This document shows, one piece after another, positions 11,622 through 21,300 of a DNA stretch of 64,000 nt. This DNA is from Acidobacteriota bacterium (GTDB taxonomy: Bacteria; Acidobacteriota; Thermoanaerobaculia; Gp7-AA8), in assembly GCA_019244185.1 (NCBI GenBank), contig JAFATB010000014.1, forward strand, positions 256,001-320,000. The letters are read 5' to 3'. Numbering within the stretch: position 1 is the first letter of the stretch; every line of letters starts with the position of its first letter. The translations under genes and the position numbers were made by a program. The notes beneath the pieces are model-generated. The model was given only the letters and a program-made list of their open reading frames with translations, was not told the DNA's origin and ran no database searches.

Positions 11622-12632
11622 CTAGTGGTCGCTGACGAGGCGGCGGATCGCGTCGACGGCCGCGGAGCTCGTGAGCTCGTCGTCGAGCGCCAGCGCGCGC
11701 GGATCGCTCCAGGCGCCGTCCTTGAGAATCGCGTAGCGCACGGCATGACCGTCGCCGACGTAGAACGCCAGGTGGTCATTGTCGTCGTAGATCCCGCCCA
11801 TGGTGCTGTTGGCCTGCATGCCGAGCGTCGGCGCGGGGAAGCCGCCTTCGCTGCGGCCGCCCGGAACGCGGAGGCGTCCGTTGGTCTCGACCTTGTGCGG
11901 CGTCACGCGGACTTCGTGGAACGTGTGCGTCTGCATGTCGCCGTAGACGAGCAGCACGCTGTCCTGCTTCGCCGAGGGGAAGATGAGCGGCTGCTTGAGG
12001 ATCGAGACGTCGACGTTGTCGTTCGCGACCTGATCGGTCTGCGCGACGCGGAAGACATCGAGGTTGATGAAGTCGGTCGACACCGCCTTGCCGCCTTCGA
12101 TCGCGATCATCGCGTAGCGCGCGTTTTCCTTGCCGGTCGACGATTCGAACTCCCACCAGGTGAGGTGGACGCTGATGCCGGCGGAGAGGTTGCCTTCATC
12201 GTCGGTGACGCGCTTGGTCACAGCGATGCGCAGGTTTTCGCGGTAATCGAACGGATGGCCGAACGCCGTGGTCTCGCTCCAGTTGCCCTGCGCGTCGAGC
12301 GACGCGAACAGCAGCTCGCTCGAGAAGAGATCGTGATGATGGACCCAGAAGACGAACAGCGTCTGCGATTCGGCGTCGTACGCGAGCGCCGGATTCTCGT
12401 GCTGGCCGCCGTTCGTCGTGGCCGGCACCAGCTGGTGCGAGACCTCGCCATCGTGACGGGTCGTGAGCACGAGCGGAAGCGACGCGCCGCCGGTGGGATC
12501 GGTCGTGTCGGTCGCCGCCTGCGTCTCGATCGAGTACAGCGTGCCGTCCGGGGTGAGCAAAGCCTCCGGCGACTGCGCGCTCGCGAAGAGCGGCAGAAAC
12601 AGAAGGGCGGCGAACAACGCGAGTTTCTTCAT
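11622..12632 (-). CDS. Secreted hypothetical protein, beta-rich
   Basis: Sec signal MKKLALFAALLFLPLFASA-Q; ATGA coupling to the upstream TPR gene. Confidence 0.8.
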   Translation of the reverse strand: MKKLALFAALLFLPLFASAQSPEALLTPDGTLYSIETQAATDTTDPTGGASLPLVLTTRHDGEVSHQLVPATTNGGQHENPALAYDAESQTLFVFWVHHHDLFSSELLFASLDAQGNWSETTAFGHPFDYRENLRIAVTKRVTDDEGNLSAGISVHLTWWEFESSTGKENARYAMIAIEGGKAVSTDFINLDVFRVAQTDQVANDNVDVSILKQPLIFPSAKQDSVLLVYGDMQTHTFHEVRVTPHKVETNGRLRVPGGRSEGGFPAPTLGMQANSTMGGIYDDNDHLAFYVGDGHAVRYAILKDGAWSDPRALALDDELTSSAAVDAIRRLVSDH

Positions 12633-13510
12633 AGTTTGAGGTTCACCATCGACCGCAGGTCGATGGCGAAGAGCAGATGCTTGAGGTTGCGGAACTGCGG
12701 ATAGAACTTCGCGAGCTGCGTGAAGTGATGGTCGGCTCCGTCCGGATCGCCCGACTTGTAGCAGGCTTCGCCGAGGAGGTAGTGAGCGTTGCGGACCTGC
12801 CGCTGATCCTTCGCGATGGCGAGACCCGCCTCACCGTAGTGAAGCGCTTTCTCGAAGTCGCCCTGTTCGAGGTAGCCGTAGCAGAGATCGATGTACGCCT
12901 CGGCGCGGCCGATCGGATCGGAGAGCATCTCCGCCGCCTCGTGCACGTACGCGAGCCCGTCCTCGATCCGTCCCTGCAGCAGCAGGCAGTAGCCGAGGTT
13001 CTCGACCGCGTATCCGTGCGAGAGGTCTTTTTCGTTGAGGGGTGATTCCTCGGAGATCGCCAGCGATTCCTGGAAGCATTCGATCGCGGTGGGAATCTGC
13101 GAGTCGAGCTCGTAGATGTTCCCGAGCTCGAGGAGAACGATGCGGCGCCACGACGCTTCGCCCGCTTCTTCCGCGGTGCGGAGCGCGAGCTGCCCGTAGA
13201 AGAGCGCGCGCTTCAGATCGTTCTCGAGGCGGTGCTTGTACTGCAGCGCGTACGCCGCGAGGTACACGTGGCGAAGGTTGCGCCGGCGCATGATCACGCG
13301 CGGCAGCTCCGCCACTTCGGGACCGGTGCGTTCGAGTGCGACGAGCGCGTCCGCCTTGTTGATCGTGATCAACTCGCGGAGCTCGTCGTCGTTGGTGAGC
13401 GTGAGCGCCTCGTCGTACAGATCGAGCGCCGCCTCGTATTCGCCCGCGCGAACGCGGGTGCGCGCGAGCTGGCGCAGCTCTTCGACGCGCTGGATTTGTT
13501 CGTTAAGCAT
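12629..13510 (-). CDS. Tetratricopeptide repeat protein
   Basis: Repeated TPR patterns (LGNIYE, NLGYC, DLCYGYLEQGDFEKA, HYLLGEAC); start MLNEQ overlaps the XRE stop. Confidence 0.85.
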   Translation of the reverse strand: MLNEQIQRVEELRQLARTRVRAGEYEAALDLYDEALTLTNDDELRELITINKADALVALERTGPEVAELPRVIMRRRNLRHVYLAAYALQYKHRLENDLKRALFYGQLALRTAEEAGEASWRRIVLLELGNIYELDSQIPTAIECFQESLAISEESPLNEKDLSHGYAVENLGYCLLLQGRIEDGLAYVHEAAEMLSDPIGRAEAYIDLCYGYLEQGDFEKALHYGEAGLAIAKDQRQVRNAHYLLGEACYKSGDPDGADHHFTQLAKFYPQFRNLKHLLFAIDLRSMVNLKL

Positions 13511-13859
13511 CGACCCCGCCCTCCCCCCCATCGAACTCACCCGAGTCTTCCTGCGCGCGCTTGAACTCGATGAAGCTCTCGACTTCCTTCTGCGCGTTCA
13601 GAGACAGCGAACGGTACTTTTCGAGCACGCTGTTCGTCCGCCCCGTCTCGTCAAAGAAGTCTCCGATGCTCAGATCGAAGCACTGCAGGATTTTGAGCAG
13701 CGTGTCGAGACCAACTTTGTACTCGCCCTGTTCCATGCGCGAAAGGTCGGACTGATGGATGCCGATCTTCTCGGCGAGCTCCACCTGCGTCAGCTTGCGC
13801 TGCCGGCGGAGTTGACGGATCTTCCGTCCTACGAGTTCGAGTTGTGCTGGCCTGTTCAT
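13503..13859 (-). CDS. XRE-family HTH transcriptional regulator
   Basis: GRKIRQLRRQRKLTQVELAEKIGIHQSDLSRMEQG HTH_3 pattern. Confidence 0.92.
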   Translation of the reverse strand: MNRPAQLELVGRKIRQLRRQRKLTQVELAEKIGIHQSDLSRMEQGEYKVGLDTLLKILQCFDLSIGDFFDETGRTNSVLEKYRSLSLNAQKEVESFIEFKRAQEDSGEFDGGEGGVDA

Positions 13860-13870
13860 CGCGTGGTTCG

Positions 13871-13940
13871 TTGACTTTTATGCTATTGAACAATAAAGTG
13901 ACGCAACTTTCAATATGCGGGCTGGGATTCTTCCTGTCAA
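13871..13940. promoter_or_regulatory. Overlapping divergent sigma70-like promoters (wzm and XRE operon)
   Basis: Plus strand TTGACT(13871)-N17-TAAAGT(13894); minus strand TTGACA(13940)-N17-CATATT(13917). Confidence 0.55.
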
Positions 13941-14718
13941 GCCCGAAGGGCTCGCCAACACGTACGCCAGATTGCACCTGCTCCGCGAGCTGATCAAACG
14001 TGACTTCAACGCGCGTTTCACCGGCTCGGCTCTCGGCCTTGCCTGGGCCGTCCTCCAACCCCTCAGCCTCGTCGCGCTCTACTGGTTCGTCTTCACCTTC
14101 ATGATTCCCGGCGGCCGCGCCGGCGGCAGGGGAGACACCTACATCTATTTTCTCATCGCCGGGCTGCTCCCGTGGCTCGGCGTGAACGAAGGGCTGATCC
14201 GCTCGACCACGTCGATCGTCGACAACTCTTCGGTCGTGCGCCGTCTCCCGCTCCGCAGCGAGCTGCTCGTGATCGTCCCGAACGCGTCGGCGCTCATCTT
14301 CGAATGCGTCGGCCTGGCGATCTTCCTCGCGGCGCTCGTCGCGCGCGGCATGTCGCTCCGCTCGCTCTGGCTGCTGCCGCTCGCGCTCGCGCTGCAGCTC
14401 GTGCTGCAGCTCGGTGTCGGATTTTTCCTCGCCGCGCTCTACGTCTTCTTCCGCGACCTCACGCAGATCATCGGCTTTCTGCTCTCGATCGTTTTCTATC
14501 TGAGCCCGATCCTCTACCCCGTCGGCGGGCGATACGAGAAGTTCTTCTTCTGGAATCCGATGACCGCGCTGCTCGGTTTGTTCCGCAGCGCCATGCTCGC
14601 CTCCCCGTTACCTGACGCCGCCTCGCTCGTCTTCTTACTGTTCGTTGCGACGACGCTGCTCGGTGCGGGCCTTCTTTTTTTCCGGCGGGCGCAGCCGACG
14701 CTGGTCGATCTCATCTAA
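13915..14718 (+). CDS. wzm: ABC-2 polysaccharide exporter permease (Wzm/TagG family)
   Basis: RELIKRDFNARFTGSALGLAWAVLQPL, FFRDLTQII, FYLSPILYP, WNPMT. Confidence 0.92.
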   Translation: MRAGILPVKPEGLANTYARLHLLRELIKRDFNARFTGSALGLAWAVLQPLSLVALYWFVFTFMIPGGRAGGRGDTYIYFLIAGLLPWLGVNEGLIRSTTSIVDNSSVVRRLPLRSELLVIVPNASALIFECVGLAIFLAALVARGMSLRSLWLLPLALALQLVLQLGVGFFLAALYVFFRDLTQIIGFLLSIVFYLSPILYPVGGRYEKFFFWNPMTALLGLFRSAMLASPLPDAASLVFLLFVATTLLGAGLLFFRRAQPTLVDLI

Positions 14719-14737
14719 TCCTTTTCAGGAGATAAGC

Positions 14738-16498
14738 ATGTCAGTTCGTAAGGTTCTCCCGGTCGTCATCACTTTGACTGCGCTCGCGACCGCGCTCGCC
14801 GGCGTACCGGCGCAGGCGCAGGCAACCGCGCCCGCTTCTTCCGCGCCCGCGGCGACGACGACCGCGAATGCCGCAGCCGTTCCCGACGGCGGAACGCCTC
14901 ACTACATCCGCCCCGAGACGCCGCAGCAGCGCCAGGACCGGCTCGGGACCATCTCGGATCCGGGATCGAATCCCGATCCGAACGTGGTGTGGTCGCGGTT
15001 CGGCCGTCGCTTCAAGATCGAGCGCTTCGAGAAGAAGTGGGCGCGCGCCGTGCCGCAGCCGGGCTGGATCCGTCCCGTCGGCAACGTCAACTTCGTCGAA
15101 GAGATCTACCAGGAAAACGAAAAGTACGTCTGGGCGTGGATCGAAGAGCCCGAAGAAGAAAACCCGGCGGCGGCCGCGGCCGCGGAGATCAAGGAACACG
15201 GGACGGCGAAGGAAGTCTCGGATGTGGCGGTGAAGTACTACAACGACTTCCGCAACGACTTCACGCCGCTCGATCCGCCGAAGTCCGGCGTCACCGTCAA
15301 GTTCGAGGAGTCGTCGAAGGGACTGCCGACCGAAGGCTCGTGGCGCAACGCGCTCGCCGTCGCGGACATGAACGAAGACGGCAATCCTGATCTCGTCCTT
15401 CCGCCGCAGCGCGGCGAGGCGACCTCGCCGGCGATCTTCCTCGGCGACGGTAAGGGTCACTGGCAGCGCTGGGACATCAAGTGGCCGCGCCGCTTCAACT
15501 ACGGCTCCGTCATCGTGGCGGACTTCAACAAAGACAAGCACATGGATCTGGCGTTCGCGGTGCATCTCACCGGCATCGCCGTGTTCCTCGGCGACGGCAA
15601 GGGCAACTTCCGCGAAGTCACGCAAGGTCTGCCGACGAACTTCCCGACGCGGCGCATCGTCGCGGCGGACGTCGATCACGACGGCTGGACCGACATCGTC
15701 GGCATCAGCGAAGGGCCGATCGGCCGCGGCGCGACGATCTCGAGCGACCTCGGACGCCTGCGCGCGTACCTCAACCGCAAGAAGGGCGAGGCGTGGGAGT
15801 CGGAAGTCATCTCGCAGCGCCAGGATCCGCTCGGCGGCGACTGGCTCACGACGGGCAACTTCAACGGCGACAAGTATCCCGACTTCGCCGGCTCGAGCGT
15901 CTACTTCAACAGCGTTCACACCATCTACCTCAGCGACGGCGCGAACAAGTGGACGATGGCGGACGACCGCGGCGTCATCATCCCGTACCGCTCGTACTAC
16001 TACGGCGTCACGTCGGGGCACTTCACCTCGCGCGACCGCGACGACATCGTGGCCGGCTACTTCCGGCAGTGGCCCTCGAATCTCGATCCTTCGAAGATTC
16101 CGTCGCCGGCGCTCGACAACGTGGTCGGCCTCGATCGCATCTCGTGGACGAGCGGCAAGCCGACGCGCACGTCGATCATGCGCTGGAAGGGCACGATCGT
16201 GGTCGGCGTCGGCCACGGCGACTTCGACGGCGACGGCAACGAGGACATCATCTTCACGCGCAACGAGCCGCGTGAGGCAGTGCTCTTGCTTGGCGACGGG
16301 AAAGGGAACTTCAAGCAGGCCACCATCGAGGGGCTGCCGATATCGCTGCTGCGGAACTACGATCTGACGGTTGCGGATGTGAATCGCGACGGCCGTCCGG
16401 ATGTCATCATCATGTACGAATCGGACTCGCGAACGGCGCTCGCGCCGAAGAACGGCAAGGTTCAGGTGTTCCTGAATCAGGGCGTCGCGGGCAAATAG
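14738..16498 (+). CDS. Secreted FG-GAP/VCBS-repeat beta-propeller protein
   Basis: Signal peptide; about 7 repeats (ADMNEDGNPDL, ADFNKDKHMDL, ADVDHDGWTDI, GNFNGDKYPDF, GHFTSRDRDDI, GDFDGDGNEDI, ADVNRDGRPDV); AGGAG RBS. Confidence 0.88.
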   Translation: MSVRKVLPVVITLTALATALAGVPAQAQATAPASSAPAATTTANAAAVPDGGTPHYIRPETPQQRQDRLGTISDPGSNPDPNVVWSRFGRRFKIERFEKKWARAVPQPGWIRPVGNVNFVEEIYQENEKYVWAWIEEPEEENPAAAAAAEIKEHGTAKEVSDVAVKYYNDFRNDFTPLDPPKSGVTVKFEESSKGLPTEGSWRNALAVADMNEDGNPDLVLPPQRGEATSPAIFLGDGKGHWQRWDIKWPRRFNYGSVIVADFNKDKHMDLAFAVHLTGIAVFLGDGKGNFREVTQGLPTNFPTRRIVAADVDHDGWTDIVGISEGPIGRGATISSDLGRLRAYLNRKKGEAWESEVISQRQDPLGGDWLTTGNFNGDKYPDFAGSSVYFNSVHTIYLSDGANKWTMADDRGVIIPYRSYYYGVTSGHFTSRDRDDIVAGYFRQWPSNLDPSKIPSPALDNVVGLDRISWTSGKPTRTSIMRWKGTIVVGVGHGDFDGDGNEDIIFTRNEPREAVLLLGDGKGNFKQATIEGLPISLLRNYDLTVADVNRDGRPDVIIMYESDSRTALAPKNGKVQVFLNQGVAGK

Positions 16499-16511
16499 CC
16501 ATCATTGGTGC

Positions 16512-16625
16512 TTGCGACGAGGGAGGGGATGCGAGTATATTCGCCGAAATCGGCCAACTGGATATGGGGAAATCGCATAAATTGTGGCGCAGGGTATTGA
16601 CTTCGAGAATAATTCGCCATACTTT
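16512..16625 (+). promoter_or_regulatory. Tandem sigma70-like promoters upstream of the 462-aa surface protein
   Basis: TTGCGA(16512)-N18-TATATT(16536) and TTGACT(16597)-N17-TACTTT(16620) in an AT-rich intergenic region. Confidence 0.55.
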
Positions 16626-16765
16626 AGGCGCAGTTCACCAGATTAGCTCGACAACTCTCGTTGTAAGAGATTTGAAACTTTGAACGCGGAGGTGATCGTA
16701 TCGTCTGGATCGGGTGAGCAAACCTTCGTTCGTTTTCAAGTCAACTTGAAGTGTAGGAGATAGAA

Positions 16766-18154
16766 ATGAAAAAGACTTTCGTTTGGGCTTTGATGGCCGC
16801 CCTCGTCGTTTGCGGGTCGGCGTTCGCAGCTCCGGGCGCGGGCGTGGTTGCCAATGCCACGTTCGACACCGGTGCTCCGACGACGACCAACAACGACGAC
16901 AGCTGCGACATCGGAAACGCGCCGGCAGCCACGCTGCTGCTGCCGTATTTCGAAGTCGACATCGTTTCGCCGGCCGGCGCTGGTGAGACGACGCTGTTCA
17001 CGATCACCAACGTGTCCGAGCTTCCGCAGGTGGCGCACGTCACCCTGTGGACGGATTACTCGTTCCCGGTGGTCGACTTCAACATCTTCCTGACCGGTTA
17101 TGACGTCCAGAGCATCAACCTGTACGACATCATCGCGCGCGGCCGCATCGCGCCGAACGCCGGAACGGGTGCCGACAAATCCAATGAAGGCGACCTGTCG
17201 GCTGACGACAACCCGGTCGTCGACGAAGACACCTGCGTGAACCTCCCGGTTCAGCTGTCGCAGGCGTACATCACCCGCATGCAGAGCGCGTTCACGCTCG
17301 GCCGCGTGCCGGCGCTCGGCACCACGCCCGCCTGCAACACGGCGGGTGGCGTGCACACGAATGCCGTTGGTTACGCGACGATCGACGTTGCGGGTCTCTG
17401 CTCGACCTCGCTCCCGATCGACCCGTCCTACTTCGCGACGGAAATTCGCTTCGACAACGTGCTGATCGGCGACTACCAGCAGGTCAACGGCGCGCAGAAC
17501 TTCGCGCAGGGCAACCCGCTCGTCTCGATCCGCGCGATTCCTGAGGGTGGCCTCCCGGGCGCGCTCGACACCAACTTCGATCGCACCTTCTACAGCCGCT
17601 ATCAGGCTGGTGGCACGGCCGACCGCCGTCAGCCGCTTCCGGCCCTCTTCGCCGCCCGCTGGATCTCCGGTGGCGCGACGGGCTTCCAGACCTTCTACAA
17701 GATCTGGCGTGAAGGCCGTACCGGTTCGACCGCTGCCTGCTCTGCGTACCCGACGAACGCGACGCTCGGCATCACCGAGTTCGTCCGCTTCGACGAAGAA
17801 GAGAACCCGACGACCCTCGCTCCGGGAGTCGTCATCTCGCCGCCGATCGAAAGCGCCCCGACGCTGCCTGAGACTTCGCTCACCAGCGCTTCGGACGAGG
17901 CTCTCTATCCGCCGAACCCGACCGCTGCGGTCGCCGGCTGGATGTACATGAACCTCAACTCGGGCGCGCCGGAAATCCCGGCGGAAGTCGCCAGCCAGAA
18001 CTGGGTCGTCGTTTCGATGCGCGCCGAGGGTCGCTTCTCGGTTGACTTCGACGCGTCGTGGCTCGGTAACGGCTGCACGGGTGCCATCGGTCAGAGCAGC
18101 GCGATCAGCGCTCTCGGCGATCCGATCGGACCTGCGCCGAACACCACCCCGTAG
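16766..18154 (+). CDS. Secreted cell-surface protein, S-layer-like candidate
   Basis: Sec signal (..SAFA-A); Thr/Ala/Gly/Asn-rich acidic mature chain; PAATLLLPYFEVD motif; many GGT/GCT/CGT codons; own promoters and strong terminator. Confidence 0.8.
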   Translation: MKKTFVWALMAALVVCGSAFAAPGAGVVANATFDTGAPTTTNNDDSCDIGNAPAATLLLPYFEVDIVSPAGAGETTLFTITNVSELPQVAHVTLWTDYSFPVVDFNIFLTGYDVQSINLYDIIARGRIAPNAGTGADKSNEGDLSADDNPVVDEDTCVNLPVQLSQAYITRMQSAFTLGRVPALGTTPACNTAGGVHTNAVGYATIDVAGLCSTSLPIDPSYFATEIRFDNVLIGDYQQVNGAQNFAQGNPLVSIRAIPEGGLPGALDTNFDRTFYSRYQAGGTADRRQPLPALFAARWISGGATGFQTFYKIWREGRTGSTAACSAYPTNATLGITEFVRFDEEENPTTLAPGVVISPPIESAPTLPETSLTSASDEALYPPNPTAAVAGWMYMNLNSGAPEIPAEVASQNWVVVSMRAEGRFSVDFDASWLGNGCTGAIGQSSAISALGDPIGPAPNTTP

Positions 18155-18177
18155 TCTGCGCTACATCGCAGTAGCCG

Positions 18178-18211
18178 AAAGGCGGGCCGGATCTCCGGCC
18201 CGCCTTTTTTT
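18178..18211 (+). terminator. Rho-independent terminator
   Basis: aaaggcgggccgga-tc-tccggcccgcc followed by T7. Confidence 0.9.
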
Positions 18212-18346
18212 GTATCGGTCGAACGCCACATCCGCGATGTTGCGCTCGACGGGTCCAAAAAATTCGTTTGCAAAGAAACCGATGACGCTTACAATAACAG
18301 TGTCTTTCGTCCACATGTCAGGTAAACCATCCTCGGGGGTGTCGGT

Positions 18347-21300
18347 TTGAACGTTACTCGTATTTTTGCGGCTCTGGCTCTGCTTGCCTGCCTCTTGTTC
18401 CCGGCCGCACTGCACGCTCAGTTGTACCCATTCCCGGGCAGTGATCGGCAGTCTCCAGTGCTCTGCACGGGTTGCAAAGGGAGCAATGCCGCGGGCGAGC
18501 CGAATGCGGGAAAGCCCACGTGGCCGTATTCGCAGCCGATCGTTCGCTTCGTCGGCCGTATCGTCGATTCCAGCTCCACCGGCAGTGTTCAGAACGACGG
18601 CATCCGGACGCTCCGCGCCGGCCGTATCCGTGTGGCGAAGACACAACGGGGCTCGGCTCCGCCGCGCGCCTATATCCAGCTTGGCTCCGCGGTGGCGGCC
18701 TATAACCTCAGCACGTTCTTCACGACGACGCTCGGTTCGCCGCTCGTGGCTGCAAACCACATCCTGACGGGTCAGTCGTTCAGCGTCTTCCCGTCACGGA
18801 CTCCCTTCGAGAAGTTCTCCCAGTTCGACGAGTTTCTCTATCCGGAAGGCCGCAGCACCGGCTGGACGACGGTCATCATCGACGGCCAGGATCGCCTGTT
18901 CGATTACGACTATGACGATCGCGGCAACCTCTACGCCGCGTACTCCGTCTTCGGCTGGGGTGTTGTGCGCGACGACGGAGCCACCGGCGGCGGCATGCTG
19001 GCGCCGGCTCTGTCGCAGACCTTCGCGAGCATCGATCCGGCCGTCATTTCGGCCTTCAATGTCTCCTCGAAGTATTACGCCGTTGTCAGCGACCAGAATG
19101 CGATTACCGCGCTGCTCTATGACGTGACGAATCCCGCGTCGCCCTCTTTGGTTGCCACCCGCACCGGCCGGACGAACGGTATTACGACGTGGGCTCGTTA
19201 TGACAACTCGCGCTTCCTTGCCGTCGTCAACGGTGACGGCCAGTTGCGCCTCTATACGTACTCTGGATACCTGAACAACACTCCGATCACCACGATCGCG
19301 CCGGCGAGCGGAAAGAAATTCGTCGATCTCGACTTCGACGACACGGGCAAACTGTGGGTCGCGGAAGCGGCCAACAATGCGGCCACGAACGCGCTCATTC
19401 GCGTCACGATGTCGGAAACGGGGGCGGACGTGCAGCGCTACCCCGACGCCTATCACGGCAACTTCAATCCCGTGAAAATCTCGGCGTCCGCGGGCTATGT
19501 CGTCGTCGGCGGCAACAGCTACGACGACGGCGCGAAAGCGCTCGACGCACGCCTCTTCAAAGTCGATGCAACGGGCCCCAATTACGTCGACCTCGGTGCG
19601 TTCTTCCGCAAGTACTACCATCGCGCGCCCGCCGGCTACGCGCAGCCGTCGGACGACGCCGGCAATTACGTCTCGATCATGGGTGGTGTCGACGTCGTCG
19701 ATTCCGGCGGCAAGACCTACCTCATCTACGACGTCTATGGCATCGGCGACGTGTACGAGATCAACGCCGGCAATGCGCTCGACGCGAATTCCACCGGCGC
19801 GCCGTATGGCACCGTCAACCCGCACGCACAATCGACCGACGCCGGCCCGTATCCGGGCGACGTCCTGAAATTCACGGCCAGCGCCACCGGCACGACCGGC
19901 GGTGTCGTTCCCGTGTCATGGGACTTCGACAATGAGGAGTCCGGCCTGGCGAACCTCGCCGCGAGCAACACGGGACAGACGGTCACGCATCAATACACCG
20001 GCATCAGCAGCGCGAGCGGCATTACCACGCGTACGGTGACGGCGACCGGCACGAACGACAGTTCCCTCACCGACAGCGTCACGGTGCCATTGAAGGTCCC
20101 GTCGGCGCGCGTGCTCGTGCCCGGCGTGACGAACGCGGTCACGGCGTCCGGCGCACTGCCGAAGGTCGTCGCCGGCGACACGTTCTTTGACGCATCCGAC
20201 GGTTCGGTGGAAAGCCACCTCGCGCGTTGGAACCAGGACGGCACGGCCACGAACCTCAAGCCGGACGCGGGTCTCCCCGCCGGTGCGATGGGCTCGCACA
20301 CGCTGACGTTCTCCGGCGCATACGGCAAGTACGACTCGATCACGCTGCAGTCGGTGGGCACGCCTTACAGCACGCCGACGCTCACCTTCACGTACGACGT
20401 TCTGCCGTTCCTCTTCAATCTCAAGACGCCGACGAAGTCGGGCACGAACGTGACCTTCGGCGCGACGCCGCGCGTCACCGGCGTGACCGGCACGATCACC
20501 GCCACGACGTGGACCGTGACGTGGACGCTGAAAGACAAGAACGGCACTGCGCTCACGACGCCACAGACCGGCTCCTCGGCCATCGGCACGATCCCGAATT
20601 TCGTCGTGCCGTCGAGCGCCGTCGTTTCCGACAGCGTCGTCACGCTCACCGTCACCGTCGATCCCGCCGGCCTCGCTGAGGCGGCGCAACAGTTCAACAC
20701 CTATACGCAGTCGCTCACGTTGACGACGCCGTCGCCGGCGGTCACGAAGACCGGTTGCGCGCACGCGCTCGAGACGTGCACTCTGACCGCGTCGTCGGCC
20801 ACGGGCGGCTCGACCGCCGACTGGACGTTCACCTGGACGCTCAAGAAGAACGGCGCGACCGTCGACACGCACACCGGCAATCCGTATCAGCCCACGATCG
20901 TCGAGGCGGGCAGCTACGTCGCGCAGGTCACGGCGGTGCAGGGCATCTTTGAAGGCACGGCACAGTCGTCGTTCACTACCGCGGCCGCGCTCTGTGGCCC
21001 CGGCCCGACGGCCGATAGCGTATCGATCGACCCGACCTGCATTACAGGTTGCTCGACGACCGAGACCATCACGTTCTATGTCGGCCTGTTCGGCTACAGC
21101 CGGCAGGACTGCGACACGTTCACATGGAACTTCGGCGATCAGTCGGCGACGTCGACGGCTGTTCCGGCAACGCACAAGTATTCGAAGAACGGAACCTACC
21201 GCGTGTCGCTCACGATCTCGAATCCGAGCAGCGCGTCGGTCACCGTCAATCAGACCATTGTCGTCGGCGGCACCACGGAACCACCGCCGCCGCCGCCCGA

